From positions 224,001-288,000 of the forward strand of contig CAVXVB010000007.1 of the NCBI GenBank assembly GCA_963765205.1: DNA of 64,000 nt, read 5' to 3'. Origin of the DNA: an uncultured Verrucomicrobiae bacterium (GTDB lineage Bacteria; Verrucomicrobiota; Verrucomicrobiia; Opitutales; JABDGR01). Numbering within the stretch: the first letter of the stretch is position 1; every line of letters begins with the position of its first letter. Positions 63,517-64,000 of this stretch are shown here, in pieces. Under the pieces are notes generated by a model that was not told the DNA's origin, made no database searches, and saw nothing but the letters and a program-made list of their open reading frames with translations. Made by a program: the position numbers and the translations under genes.

Positions 63517-63914
63517 TTACCGCCGTGGACACCTCCGTGCTCATCGCCATCTATCGGGGTGAGGCGGAAGGGCGCCGCTGGGCGGAACGCCTCGCTGATT
63601 GCCGCACGGAAGGCGGCCTATGCGTTGGCGAAGTCGTCGCCGCGGAATTTTTCGCCGTGGTGATGGACGAACAGGAATACGCCTACATTTTTCGGCAATT
63701 GGGCCTGGAGTTGCGGCCCAGCAACCTGGCGGTCGCGCGGCAGGCCGGGCGCGGCTTCCGCCCTTATCGCGATGCAGGCGGCCCGCGCCTGCATTTGATT
63801 CCGGATTTCCTCATCGCGGCTCATGCCCAGATTCAAGCCGACCGCCTCGCCACCCTGGATCGCGGCTATCTGCGGCGCTATTTTGCCGACCTGTCCCTGG
63901 TTACGCTGGCTTAG
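63513..63914 (+). CDS. PIN-domain VapC-like toxin
   Basis: ITAVDTSVLI, IPDFLIAAHA, LATLD; ATGA overlap with the antitoxin. Confidence 0.9.
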   Translation: MITAVDTSVLIAIYRGEAEGRRWAERLADCRTEGGLCVGEVVAAEFFAVVMDEQEYAYIFRQLGLELRPSNLAVARQAGRGFRPYRDAGGPRLHLIPDFLIAAHAQIQADRLATLDRGYLRRYFADLSLVTLA

Positions 63915-64000
63915 ACCGTCGCCCAAGCCACCGCTGCGCTGCGTGAGATTTTCCCGCTCCGAACTGTTCTCATACCTCAAACTTAGAGGCTTGACATACC

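Overview
GC-rich bacterial chromosomal segment; gene content and protein styles suggest Verrucomicrobiota/Opitutia (inference). Mostly housekeeping: atpA-G-D-C, trmB, argH, rpsB-tsf, hisN-like, metW, tatD, trxB, cbpA-like, mdh, DAHP synthase, ygfZ-like, a Y-family polymerase, two ABC exporters, signalling proteins, a type III PKS trio, several TA modules, tRNA-Pro(GGG) and tRNA-Glu(TTC). Top finding 1: a ~6.7 kb element (13681-20375) integrated in the tRNA-Pro 3' end, with an HUH rolling-circle Rep, AlpA-like Xis, tyrosine integrase and a HipBST-like cargo. Joining its ends in silico shows the integrase frame runs through attP into a 67-codon C-terminus stranded at the other end. This restores an ATGA-coupled chain alpA-int-orf78-rep, so integration appears to cut rep off from its operon. 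Top finding 2: many intergenic spacers carry 7-, 8- or 9-nt tandem repeats, often as inverted arms; one pair in the atp operon brackets a four-helix-bundle (23S-IVS-protein/bAvd-like) gene. Single-base frameshifts in atpG, a large repeat protein and hicB look like sequencing indels. All product calls come from motif recognition only; no database searches were run.
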